Assembly (NCBI GenBank): GCA_963833095.1 | Contig: CAWHWQ010000001.1 | Coordinates: 1 to 64,000, forward strand | Source of the DNA: Vulcanimicrobiota bacterium | GTDB lineage: Bacteria; Vulcanimicrobiota; Vulcanimicrobiia; Vulcanimicrobiales; Vulcanimicrobiaceae | Length of the DNA: 64,000 nt | Direction of reading: 5' to 3' | In this document: positions 10,631 through 20,178 of the stretch, one piece after another | Numbering within the stretch: position 1 is the stretch's first letter | Layout of the letters: every line of letters starts with the position of its first letter | Position numbers and translations under genes: made by a program | The notes under the pieces: generated by a model | Told to the model about the DNA's origin: nothing | Database searches by the model: none | What the model saw: only the letters and a program-made list of their open reading frames with translations

Positions 10631-11557
10631 CTAGGTCAGGCGAAGCGAGAGCCCCCTCTCTGCGAGAACTTGCTTGATTTCATCGAGCGACTTCTTTCCG
10701 AAGTTGCGCATCTTCATGATCTCGTCTTCGGTGAGGTCGAGCAGCTCGGAGACCTTCGAGATACCGGCGCGCTTGAGACAGTTGAACGAGCGCACCGAAA
10801 GGTTGAGCGTTTCGACCGGGATGTCCCATTCATTGGGCGGCGCTTCGGGCAGCGGCTCTTCCCGGCTGGTGAAGCCGACGAAGAGATCGAGCTGCTCTTG
10901 CATGATCGCCGCCGACGTTGCGAGCGCGTCATCCGGCGTGATCGAACCGTTGGTCTCGATTTCGAGCGTGAGACGATCGAAGTCGACGCTCTGACCGACG
11001 CGCGTGTCGTCGACCGAGAAGTTGACCTTGCGAATCGGCGAAAAAATCGAGTCGAGCGGAATGAGTCCGATCATGTGCTCGATGTTGCGCTGCTTGTCGG
11101 CCATCACATAACCGCGGCCCTTCTCGACACCGATCTCCATCGAGAGCTTGCCCTCTTTTGAGGTCAGCGTGGCGATGTGGTAGCTCGGATCAAGGATCTC
11201 GACATCGGCGTCCGGCGCGATGTCAGCAGCAGTGACGTTCTTCGGCCCTGAGACCGACAGGTTGAGCACGCGCGGCTCATCGCTGTTGAGCTTGACCGGC
11301 AAGCCCTTGAGGTTGAGCATCAGCGCGATCGTGTCTTCGACCATTCCGTGAATCGTCGAGAACTCGTGCAGCACGCCGTCGATCTTCATGTAGGTCACGG
11401 CTGCGCCAGGAATTGTGCTGAGTAGAATACGGCGCAACGCGTTGCCGAGAGTGATGCCGAATCCGCGCTCGAGCGGTTCGATTACGAATTTGGCATAGTT
11501 CTCACGGCGCTCGCGCACCTCAATGGTTGCGCCGGCGGGCATTTCCAACGTGGTCAT
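10631..11557 (-). CDS. rpoA: RNA polymerase alpha subunit
   Basis: EPLERGFGITLGNALRRILLS, LSVRSFNCLKRAGI, RNFGKKSLDEI. Confidence 0.98.
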   Translation of the reverse strand: MTTLEMPAGATIEVRERRENYAKFVIEPLERGFGITLGNALRRILLSTIPGAAVTYMKIDGVLHEFSTIHGMVEDTIALMLNLKGLPVKLNSDEPRVLNLSVSGPKNVTAADIAPDADVEILDPSYHIATLTSKEGKLSMEIGVEKGRGYVMADKQRNIEHMIGLIPLDSIFSPIRKVNFSVDDTRVGQSVDFDRLTLEIETNGSITPDDALATSAAIMQEQLDLFVGFTSREEPLPEAPPNEWDIPVETLNLSVRSFNCLKRAGISKVSELLDLTEDEIMKMRNFGKKSLDEIKQVLAERGLSLRLT

Positions 11558-11666
11558 GATGTGGTTTCGCTTTTCCTTTGTTACCGTTTACGTTATCCGT
11601 AAAATCTCCCAGAGACTTACGATCGGACGCCTAACGGCGGTTGTGTTGTTTGTTTTGCTAGCGTCC

Positions 11667-12326
11667 CTAGCGGCTGTAATATTCGACAATAAGTTGTTCG
11701 TCGACCGGCGTGTCAATTTGTTCACGCGAGGGCAGCTGCGTCACTTTACCGGTGCTGTCGGCATCGTTCCACTCGAGCCAGTCTGGTGGGCGGCGCGAAC
11801 GCGCGACTTCCAAATTCGCTTCGAATACCGGCGACTTTAAGCTGCGCTCGCCGATCGAGATCACATCGCCCGGCTTGACGATGTACGACGGGATGTTGAC
11901 ATTCTTGCCGTTGACGTGGAAATGACGATGGGTCACGAGCTGGCGCGCTTGCGCGCGGCTCGTCGCCAGATTCAGGCGGTAGACGACGTTGTCGAGACGG
12001 CGTTCGAGTAGTTGCAAGAACGTGCGGCCGGTCTGACCCGGAACGCGGGCGGCCTCGCGGAAGTAATTCTCGAACTGTGTTTCGTGCACGCCATAGTAGC
12101 GACGCATCTTCTGCTTCTCGCGCAGCTGACGGCCGTACTCGGAAATTTTCGAGCGGTTCTTCGTGCCTGTGACCTTCTGGCCTGGGGCTGTGCCGCGGCG
12201 TTCGACCGCGCACTTCCTGGAGAGGCAGCGGTCGCCTTTAAGGAACAGCTTAATTTTTTCGCCCGTTTTACTCGCGGCCGTTTCGCGACGGCACAGGCGG
12301 CAGACGGGACCAACATAACGTGACAT
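11667..12326 (-). CDS. rpsD: 30S ribosomal protein S4 (Cys-containing type)
   Basis: CRLCRRE...[27 protein letters not shown]. Confidence 0.98.
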   Translation of the reverse strand: MSRYVGPVCRLCRRETAASKTGEKIKLFLKGDRCLSRKCAVERRGTAPGQKVTGTKNRSKISEYGRQLREKQKMRRYYGVHETQFENYFREAARVPGQTGRTFLQLLERRLDNVVYRLNLATSRAQARQLVTHRHFHVNGKNVNIPSYIVKPGDVISIGERSLKSPVFEANLEVARSRRPPDWLEWNDADSTGKVTQLPSREQIDTPVDEQLIVEYYSR

Positions 12327-12341
12327 ATCTTCTCTCTTCGA

Positions 12342-12737
12342 TTACACGCGGCGGCGCTTAGGAGGGCGGCACCCGTTATGCGGAATTGGCGTGACGTCTT
12401 TGATCATCGTGATCTCGAGGCCGGCGGCTTGCAGCGAACGGATCGCGGCTTCGCGTCCGGCGCCCGGACCCTTGACGAACACTTCCGTGCTCTTCATACC
12501 GTGATCCATTGCCTTGCGCGCGGCCGACTCAGCAGCCATCTGCGCAGCGAACGGCGTCGACTTCTTCGAACCTTTGAAGCCGAGATTACCGGCTGAGGCC
12601 CAGGAAACAACGTTGCCATGGGGATCGGTGATCGTGACGATCGTATTATTGAAAGATGCGTGCACGTGAGTCACGCCCGATTGGACGTTCTTAACTTCAC
12701 GCTTCTTACGCGACTTGGTTTGCTTTTTGGCAGCCAA
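12342..12737 (-). CDS. rpsK: 30S ribosomal protein S11
   Basis: [40 protein letters not shown] start at 12737 after GGAG SD. Confidence 0.97.
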   Translation of the reverse strand: MAAKKQTKSRKKREVKNVQSGVTHVHASFNNTIVTITDPHGNVVSWASAGNLGFKGSKKSTPFAAQMAAESAARKAMDHGMKSTEVFVKGPGAGREAAIRSLQAAGLEITMIKDVTPIPHNGCRPPKRRRV

Positions 12738-12898
12738 AAGAGACTCCGAGTTTATCCAATTCCCCGAACGACGGGGCTGTCGTCGCCTCAACGAATCGCT
12801 GCATCAGCGACTCATCTGATGGAGCCGGGAACTCGGCGATTGCCCCCGGAGCCGCGCGCCGCTGTTGAAGAGAGAGAGAGCAGCAGCGCCAAGCCAGC

Positions 12899-12928
12899 AT
12901 CTTACCTTAAGTACCCCCAAGGGGTCAA
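12899..12928 (-). promoter_or_regulatory. Putative sigma70 promoter for rpsK-rpsD-rpoA-rplQ(-trp)
   Basis: TTGACC-N18-TAAGAT on the minus strand, followed by a structured leader of about 150 nt. Confidence 0.6.
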
Positions 12929-12953
12929 CTGCCGATGGCGGGAAGCGCCTGCC

Positions 12954-14160
12954 ATGCCTCGACCCACCCCGAACCGCCGGGCGTTTCTCACCTCGGCGGC
13001 AGCCCTAGCCGCCCTCCCGATGGCGGCGCAGGCAACGGCCCCCGCGGATCCCGATCACCCCGGGCGCCTCTCGCAGGCGCTCGTGCTTTCCGGGGGCGGC
13101 GCGCGCGGCGCCTACCAAGCCGGCATGATCGACTATCTCCGCCTCTCGGCTCAGATCCCCAACGGAGCCCCGCTTCGGCCGTATCAACTCGTGGCCGGAA
13201 CCTCGATCGGCGCCCTGAACGGCTACTTTCGTCGCGACCGGCCAGTTCGACGTGCTGCGCCAGCTCTGGTATTCGATCGCCGACCAGCACGTTATCCAAC
13301 TCAAAGCCCGCTACGCCAAGATGGTCAACGACGACAGTGGGGTCGGCACCCGTTTTACCGCGGCCATGCGCATGGTGCTCAGCTTGACCAGTCACGACAC
13401 CGGGGTGATCGACGGGGACCACTTGCACGACTGGCTGGCACGCTACATCGACCCGACGCGGCCCGTCGTCATGCCGTTCATCTGGACCGCAACCAACCTC
13501 ACGTTCCAGTCGCCCGAATTTTTTTATCTCGTGCCCACGGCCCTTAAGGCCGACGAACGCGAACGCGCGATCACCGCGATCCGGCTTACCGTCGGACCGA
13601 CGGCGGTGCTGCGCGAAGCGACGCCCGATCTCTTGGTCGTACGCCTTGCAGGCCTCGACCGCCATTCCGGTCGCCTTCGATCCCGTTCCGCTCCCCGCCG
13701 CATCGGGTGGCGGAACGAATCTCTACGTCGATGGCGGCGTCACCGCGAATACGCCGGTTGGGCCGGCCCGCGCCGCCGCCACGCGCATCGACGTCGTGCT
13801 GCTCGATCCGCCGTTGCAAAAGACCGACTATCACAACGCGCTCGAAGTCGGGTTCGGCGTGTTCGGCGCGATGCAGCGCCGGATTCTCGAAGCCGATCTG
13901 CGCGCTGCGTACTTAGAAACATTCGGCAAGCGCGCGATCGAAGAACGTCAAGGCACCGCAGGCGCGGCTCTTTGCTGCCACGTTATATGATTCCGACATC
14001 TATCAAATGCAGCCGCAGAGATGAGTTGCCTGTCGGCGTGGTCGGTTTCGACGATCGCGAAAACATCTACAAGACATTCACGATCGGCTTTGAAGACGCG
14101 CGCCGCGGCTTCGTGCCCTACAGATACGGTGAGGACTCAGACTTTCTCCGTCAAAGCTGA
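12954..14160 (+). CDS. Tat-exported patatin-like phospholipase (frameshifted in this sequence)
   Basis: NRRAFL twin-arginine signal; GGGARG, GTSIG and DGG motifs spread over several frames (shifts near 13230, 13640 and 13975-14015). Confidence 0.8.
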
Positions 14161-14242
14161 AGGTTTGCCTTCCAAAGTCGAATGGCCCGGGTCTATACGA
14201 CCGGGCTCTTCTGTTCTCTTGTTCTAACGAACGTTAGTTACG

Positions 14243-15551
14243 TTAAAACTTGATGCCGAGACCCACGAACGGACCGTTCTGTGAGTAGTTCGACGGGGCA
14301 TTCGATCTGTTGGTACCACTGGTTCCGGTCCAGCCGGCTTCGATGAAGACCGGGCTGTTGCCGATCACGTAGTCCACGCCGATGTTGTACATCAGAAAGT
14401 TGTACGCGAGGTGGTACTCGGTACCCGCAGGAGTCAGTGAACGTGCCCTTGGCGTTGGGATAGTAGTACGCATCGCCGTACACCGAGAACGCTTGGTTGA
14501 GATCCGGGAGTTTTTCAATACCGAATCCGAACGCGGTCTCGCGCGGATATCCGTAGTTATTGTTGCGCCACAGATAGCCGACACCGATATAGATGCGCGG
14601 ATCTGCGACCTTGAGGCCGAGACGTGCATCGAGATCGGTATCGCTAGCGGTGAAGGCCGGGACGTACGTCGAGCCGTGTACCGCCGATGACCGTCACTTG
14701 ACATTGGCGGGTCGCCAGCACCGTGCAAGTTGTGCGGATACTGGAACTGTTGCATAGTTGCCCTCGATCATCCACGGGATGTTGAACGCGCTGAATTCCC
14801 ACGCGCCGTGAATGCTGATACGAGGCGCCGTTGCCGGTGTTGCCCGGGCTGAACTCGTTATAGACCTTGGGCGAGAAGATGTAGTCGCCGGATACGAAGA
14901 GGTCTTTATACGGTGTTGCAACCGGAGCGGGCGTCGGGGTTGGTGCAACCGTCGGAGCAATCGTCGGCGCAACCGTTGGCGGTGCGGTCGGCGGCGGCGT
15001 CGGCGGTAAATAGCGAACCACGACGAGCTGGCTTGTCGGGAACCCACTGCACGTAGGCGCCCATGCCTTCGGAGATTACGCGCACCGGAACGAGCACGGT
15101 GCCTTGATAGAGAATCGGCGGCACGTCCAGCGGACGCGACTCGCCGTTGATGACGACTTCGGGTTGACCGACCGTCACCTTGACTTCAGAACCCGGCTTG
15201 CTGACCGTGACGGTTTTGCTTGCCGCATCGTACGACACCGACGCACCCATTTGCTCGAACATCGAGCGCAGGGGAATGAGAACGGTGCCGCCCTTACGAA
15301 CGCAGCAAGAACGCGCCCTTGTTTGAGCACGTCAGGTTTCGCGTAGACGTGATGATCGTTATAAAGAATCGGTATAGTGCCGGACGGCGGAGATCCGAAG
15401 TTCGCCGCCGACATCGAACCCGTCGATCCTGTGCAACCACAGTTTGGCCAGTGTTTCCCTGTGATTTGGCAGTTGACGGGGCCGCGACTGCGGTGAGCCC
15501 GCAGAACACTGCGATCAGTGCTGCAAGGACTCCGGTGCTCAGTCGTTTCAC
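14243..15551 (-). CDS. Copper-amine-oxidase N-terminal (stalk) domain + Pro/Thr linker + outer-membrane beta-barrel protein (frameshifted)
   Basis: Signal peptide; stalk motifs FEQMGASVSYD and VLVPVRVISEGMGAYVQW; PPTPPPTAPPT linker; alternating strands ending GLGIKF; several frame changes. Confidence 0.72.
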
Positions 15552-15561
15552 AAAAGCCTCC

Positions 15562-16869
15562 TTAAATATTTTTCACGTTCGTGGGCGGCAAAAGCCGCCC
15601 CACGAAGGCTAGAACGCATGGCTCGCCTTGCTCAGGTTCCATGCAATCATGGCCATAAGCCTTATGCCCCCTTGGGGCCCCAGGTAAACGCCATATCCAA
15701 AGCGTGCCGATGAGCATTTCGGCCCCTCCCAAAAGGAGCGCATCGCGCGGGCCGGTCGCATTACGGATCACACCCAGACCTGAAAGTGTCAGCGTCGCCA
15801 CCAGGGGCGCGAGCATTTGCGGACCGACGACGGCGAGGTTCCAGACGGCCATCGTCGTCGCGAGGGGCCGGGCGGCAGAAGACGGCACGCAAAAGCCCAG
15901 TCCGCACAGAGAAAAATACCCCATCCGACGCCCGCAAGCGGCGATAGCCGGCGCAAGCGCCGGCGCCTGATGCACCAGTGCCAGGCCCATGAGCGAGGCG
16001 GCGACCACGCTGCCCCCCACACTAACCACCAGCCGCTCATCGGCGCGGTCCGCCGGGCCCGCCGCCACCAGCGCCCCGAGTGCTCCCACCACCGTGAATA
16101 CGAGCACGCACAAGGCCCGTCGTCCGCGTCGCGTCCAGCACGAAGCCGTGCGGCAAGATCGACGCAACGAAGAAATACAGATACCCGAGCACCGTATAAA
16201 AGCCCAGATAGACGAAGGCTCGCGAGATGAACAGATCGACGAGCGTGCGGCTGAACGTAAGCGGCGCCGACCGTTCCGATCGGTTGCATGGGGAGGCGCC
16301 GGACGTGGGCCAACGTGATCGGCGCCGATATCAGAAGCCCGAGTGCGAGCGCGAACCCAAGCCATCGGACGCCGAGGAGCGTCGCGAGAATCGCGCCGCA
16401 CGCATTGCCCGCGCTGCCCATTGCCGCAAGCCACGCGGATGCTAACGCCGAAGCGCTGCGGCGGAATCAGATCGGGAATGATCGCTTGGTACGGGCCGAT
16501 GATGACGTTGAGCGAGATTTGCAAGGCGACGAACGACCACATCAACGCGCGCACGTTCCCGCTTTCATAAAAAGCGAGGATTGCCAACGCGCCAAGAAGC
16601 GCACCGATTCCATAAAACACGCTGCGACCGCGGCCGCGCCGGCGCAGCAGCGTCCGAAACCGGCCCGATCACGAGTTGCGTGATCGCCGCTGCGCCTGCA
16701 CCACTTGCAGAAATCAGACCGAAGACGGCGCAAGCGACGAATCGCCCGCGAGTTGCAGACAGCGCGCCTGGAGCGAGATGCCCAGCACCGCGCCCCAAAT
16801 CAACTGCACGCCGAACCAGAGCGCGGTAACGCGCGCGGGCTTTGGCTCCTTAGGAGCGGTCGACTGCAT
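15562..16869 (-). CDS. MFS-type transporter (frameshifted; 3' end uncertain)
   Basis: Hydrophobic segments across frames (ALWFGVQLIWGAVLG, GPYQAIIPD, GVGWGIFLCADWAFAC, WNLAVVGPQMLAP). Confidence 0.7.
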
Positions 16870-17586
16870 AGGCGTATTCGGGCGCCGTGTCGGCATCATA
16901 GGCGAGTTCCGGCGGCGCGTTACGCAACGCCGCCACCGGTACTCCAAGCACACGCTGCGCGCGTGCCTCGAGCGCGCTCACCGAAATGCGGCCGATGGCA
17001 AAACGCAAGAGCACGAGCGGTCCTGCGACGCCGGCCATCTTCCACGGCGCTTTGCGCGCATCGAACATCGTCGTCGCGAGACGTTCGTACTCGCGCACGC
17101 GAACCCGCCGGAAAGTGAAAGACGCCGCCGTTTACTACACGCTCGCCGGCAAGCGTGATGCCGAACGGAGGCGCGCCGGAGAAACGTTCGAGGAATGCGG
17201 CGTGTTCGCAAAGCGGCATCGACAGCGCGCGCGGATCGATGCGGTCGAGAAACCACTGCAGCGAAGGCGCATCGATATACGGCATGTCGCAGGTGAGATA
17301 CAGCAGCGACGCGTCGTCAGGCCACCCGTCGAGCGCGCCGCGGACGTTTGCCGCGCCCGTTCCGGCGTCGGCGATCATCCGCACCGGCGCCACCGATGCA
17401 CATGCATCGCGGACGGCGTCGTTTCCGACGACCGCGATACGCTCGATCCCGCACGCGAGCAAAGCGCCGAGCGTACGCGCGATCATCGTTCGCGCCGCGC
17501 ACCGGCGCCAGTGCCTTGAGCGTGGTCCCGGCCGCGCGAGCGTACTCGCCATCGATCGGACCGCCGGCCGTGATCACCGCGTACAA
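16850..17586 (-). CDS. MobA-like nucleotidyltransferase family protein (frameshifted)
   Basis: N-terminal AVITAGG...KAL.PV.G, LTCDMPYI, C-terminal ELAYDADT; shifts near 17490 and 17095; TTG start. Confidence 0.7.
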
Positions 17587-17620
17587 AACAAAAGACCCGG
17601 CATCGTAACGCCGGGTCTTT
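17583..17620 (-). terminator. Intrinsic terminator after rpsM
   Basis: Perfect 11-bp inverted repeat aaagacccggc/gccgggtcttt running into a U-rich tract on the minus strand. Confidence 0.8.
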
Positions 17621-17665
17621 GAAGCTTACTCCAAAGTAGCCTTTAGGCCGCTTTTCGTTTGCGTC

Positions 17666-18053
17666 CTACTTCTTGGTTGCGGCCTTCTTCTTGCCGGCCA
17701 CAGTCCGTTTGGGACCCTTGCGCGTGCGCGCATTGGTCTTGGTCCGCTGTCCGCGAACCGGGTAGGCCACGACGATGGCGCAAGCCGCGATAGCAGCCGA
17801 TATCCATCAGGCGTTTGATGTTGCCTTGGACTTCGCGGCGCAGATCGCCTTCGACACGAATTTGCAGCGTGTCGAGCGCGTCGCGCAGCTTCTTCTCGTC
17901 GTCCTCGGTGAGGTCTTTGACGCGCGTGTCGGGATTGATCCCCGTGAGGGCAAGCAACTTCGCGGCGTTGGCCGGGCCGACACCGTAAATGTACTGCAAC
18001 GCAATTTCAATGCGCTTCTCGCGCGGAAGATCGATACCAGCGATACGAGCCAT
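17666..18053 (-). CDS. rpsM: 30S ribosomal protein S13 (one extra base near 17760)
   Basis: [10 protein letters not shown]...[11 protein letters not shown]; removing one C restores [25 protein letters not shown]. Confidence 0.96.
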
Positions 18054-18063
18054 AATCTTATCC

Positions 18064-18180
18064 TTACCCCTGAACCTGCTTGTGTTTGGGATTGACGGTA
18101 CAGATCACGCGCACTTTGCCTTCGCGGCGAATGATCTTGCACTTTTCACAAATTTTCTTGACCGAGGGTCTGACTTTCAT
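18064..18180 (-). CDS. rpmJ: 50S ribosomal protein L36 (Zn-binding type)
   Basis: [38 protein letters not shown]. Confidence 0.97.
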   Translation of the reverse strand: MKVRPSVKKICEKCKIIRREGKVRVICTVNPKHKQVQG

Positions 18181-18409
18181 TTTTAAGGTGCTACACCCAG
18201 GTTCCGCACCCCCACTCATGCCGCCCCGCTTCGCGGGTTCGCACATCCTGTGCTCGGCAATTGTACCGGCATCGTGTCGGTACTTCGTGGGGCCCCCGGA
18301 CCGTGGGCGCCTTTCTCTTGGTTTGTCCGCTTGAGACTCCCCTGGGGGCGCCCAAACGAACGTTGGTTTCTCTAATGAGTTGAGTATCGAACTTGTCAAG
18401 CAGCTCTAT

Positions 18410-18709
18410 TTACTTATACCGGTACGTAATCCGGCCATGAGTCAGATCGTAGGGTGATAGCTCTACGAGGACTCGGTCGCCGGGCAGAATGCGGATGAAG
18501 TTCATCCGGATCTTTCCCGACACGTGTGCTAACACGCGATGCCCGTTGGCGAGTTCCACCCGGAACATCGCATTGGGCAAGGGCTCGACGATCGTGCCTT
18601 CGACTTCGATCGCCTCTTCTTTAGGCATCGCGGTCTTGGCGGCCTTAGCCGCCTTGTCCGCCGCGCTTTTTCTGCCCCGAATCGGGCGACCTCCGCGACG
18701 ACGAGCCAT
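18410..18709 (-). CDS. infA: Translation initiation factor IF-1, with possible basic N-terminal extension
   Basis: [39 protein letters not shown]; the upstream ATG overlaps the map stop (TAATG). Confidence 0.95.
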   Translation of the reverse strand: MARRRGGRPIRGRKSAADKAAKAAKTAMPKEEAIEVEGTIVEPLPNAMFRVELANGHRVLAHVSGKIRMNFIRILPGDRVLVELSPYDLTHGRITYRYK

Positions 18710-19518
18710 TAGTGGGTCTGCACCCGCTCGGCACCGGGAACGTACTTGGCAACGTCTGGGTGTTCCCCATAGTCGCGAAGCGTCAGAATCCTCGGGCCAT
18801 CGTCGGTCACGGCGATCGTATGCTCGAAGTGCGCTGCGAGTTTACCATCTGCCGTGACGACTGTCCAGCCGTCCTTGAGGATCTCGACCTTGCGGTCGCC
18901 TTGGGTGATCATCGGTTCCACGGCGAGCACCAGCCCCGCGCGCAGCTCGAGGCCGGTCCCGGGCTTGCCGTAATTGGGCACCTGTGGCTCCTCGTGCATT
19001 GCCGTTCCGACCCCGTGGCCGGCCAGCTCGCGCACGACGCCGTAGCCGCGATCCTCGGCATAGCGCTGCACCGCCGCGCCGATATCGCCGACGTGGTTGC
19101 CTCGCTGCATCTGCGCGATCCCAATCATGAGGCACTCCTGCGTGACGTCGAGCAAGCGCTGCGCCTCGGGCGAAATCGTGCCGATTGGAATCGTCACCGC
19201 GGTATCGCTGACGTAGCCGTCGAGCGTCGTTCCGATATCGATCGAGAGCAGATCGCCGTCTTGCAACACATAGTCGCCGGGAATACCGTGGACGACCTCG
19301 TCGTTGACCGATGCGCAGATCGTGGCCGGAAAGCCGTGATAGCCTTTGAACGTTGGAATGCCGCCGCGCTCGCGGATACCACGCTCGGCGATCTGGTCGA
19401 GATCGCTCGTCGTCATGCCCGCCTTGGCGGTTTGCATCAATTCGGTCAGGACGGTCGCGGTGATTTTGCCGCTGCGGCGCATCGTTTCAATTTCGCGCGC
19501 CGACTTGAGCGTAACCAT
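18709..19518 (-). CDS. map: Methionine aminopeptidase type I
   Basis: [38 protein letters not shown]; own ATG at 19518. Confidence 0.96.
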   Translation of the reverse strand: MVTLKSAREIETMRRSGKITATVLTELMQTAKAGMTTSDLDQIAERGIRERGGIPTFKGYHGFPATICASVNDEVVHGIPGDYVLQDGDLLSIDIGTTLDGYVSDTAVTIPIGTISPEAQRLLDVTQECLMIGIAQMQRGNHVGDIGAAVQRYAEDRGYGVVRELAGHGVGTAMHEEPQVPNYGKPGTGLELRAGLVLAVEPMITQGDRKVEILKDGWTVVTADGKLAAHFEHTIAVTDDGPRILTLRDYGEHPDVAKYVPGAERVQTH

Positions 19519-19519
19519 T

Positions 19520-20178
19520 CTACGGCGCGCCGCTGCTCCACGCCGATGGCGTGCATCAGCATGTGCGTCACGTGCTCGACCGGCTGCGTTGCGTCGATTT
19601 GCGCCAGACGTTCCGCTCGCGCGATAGTACGCGACCAGCGGCATCGTCTCTCTCTCGAAAACGTCGAGGCGCTTCTTGATCGTCTCCGCATTATCATCGG
19701 GACGCTGAATCAACGGGCCACCATCGTCGTCGCACATGCCCGCGACTTTCGGTGGGCTGAATTTCTCGTGGTAGACGCGTCCCGTGCGCGGATTGGTCCA
19801 GCGGCCCAGAAGCCGCTCTTCGAGCAGCGCGCGCGGAATTTCGAAGAAGACGGCGCTGGGAAGACCGCGTCCGCGTGATTCCAACAGCGTGTCGAGCGCT
19901 TGCGCCTGCGCAACCGTGCGCGGGAAGCCGTCGAAAAGGAGCGCGCCGCTATCCTGCAGTTCGCCTTCGACCATCTTGATGATCAACTCATCGGGTACGA
20001 GTGCGCCGGCCTTCATATAACCGTCGGCGGTTTTGCCGAGCTCTGTACCCTTGTTGACGTGAGCGCGCAGCAGATCGCCGGTTGAGATCTGACGATACCC
20101 AAACTGCTTCTGCAGAATTTGCGCCTGCGTGCCTTTGCCCGCGCCCGGACCACCGAGCAGCACGATGTCACGCGGCAT
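19520..20178 (-). CDS. adk: Adenylate kinase (3' end frameshifted)
   Basis: GGPGAGKGTQ P-loop, ISTGDLLR, FDGFPRT; natural C-terminus LAQIDATQPVEHV is in another frame after about 19615; stop position inferred. Confidence 0.93.

Noticed and set aside
12869..12880. (AG)n microsatellite as a phase-variation tract
   Set aside because: Only about six units, non-coding, and better explained as the hairpin loop of the rpsK leader.
14930..15010. Short tandem DNA repeats as a CRISPR or mobile repeat
   Set aside because: They encode the PT(V/I)A Pro/Thr linker; no spacer structure or cas genes.
18370..18399. Perfect TTGACA after infA as a promoter
   Set aside because: No acceptable -10 hexamer at 16-18 nt spacing.
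18709..20178. Apparent 489-aa Adk-Map fusion in the ORF track
   Set aside because: The Adk C-terminus continues in another frame after about 19615, a TAG sits just before the map ATG, and the region is full of indels; treated as an artefact.
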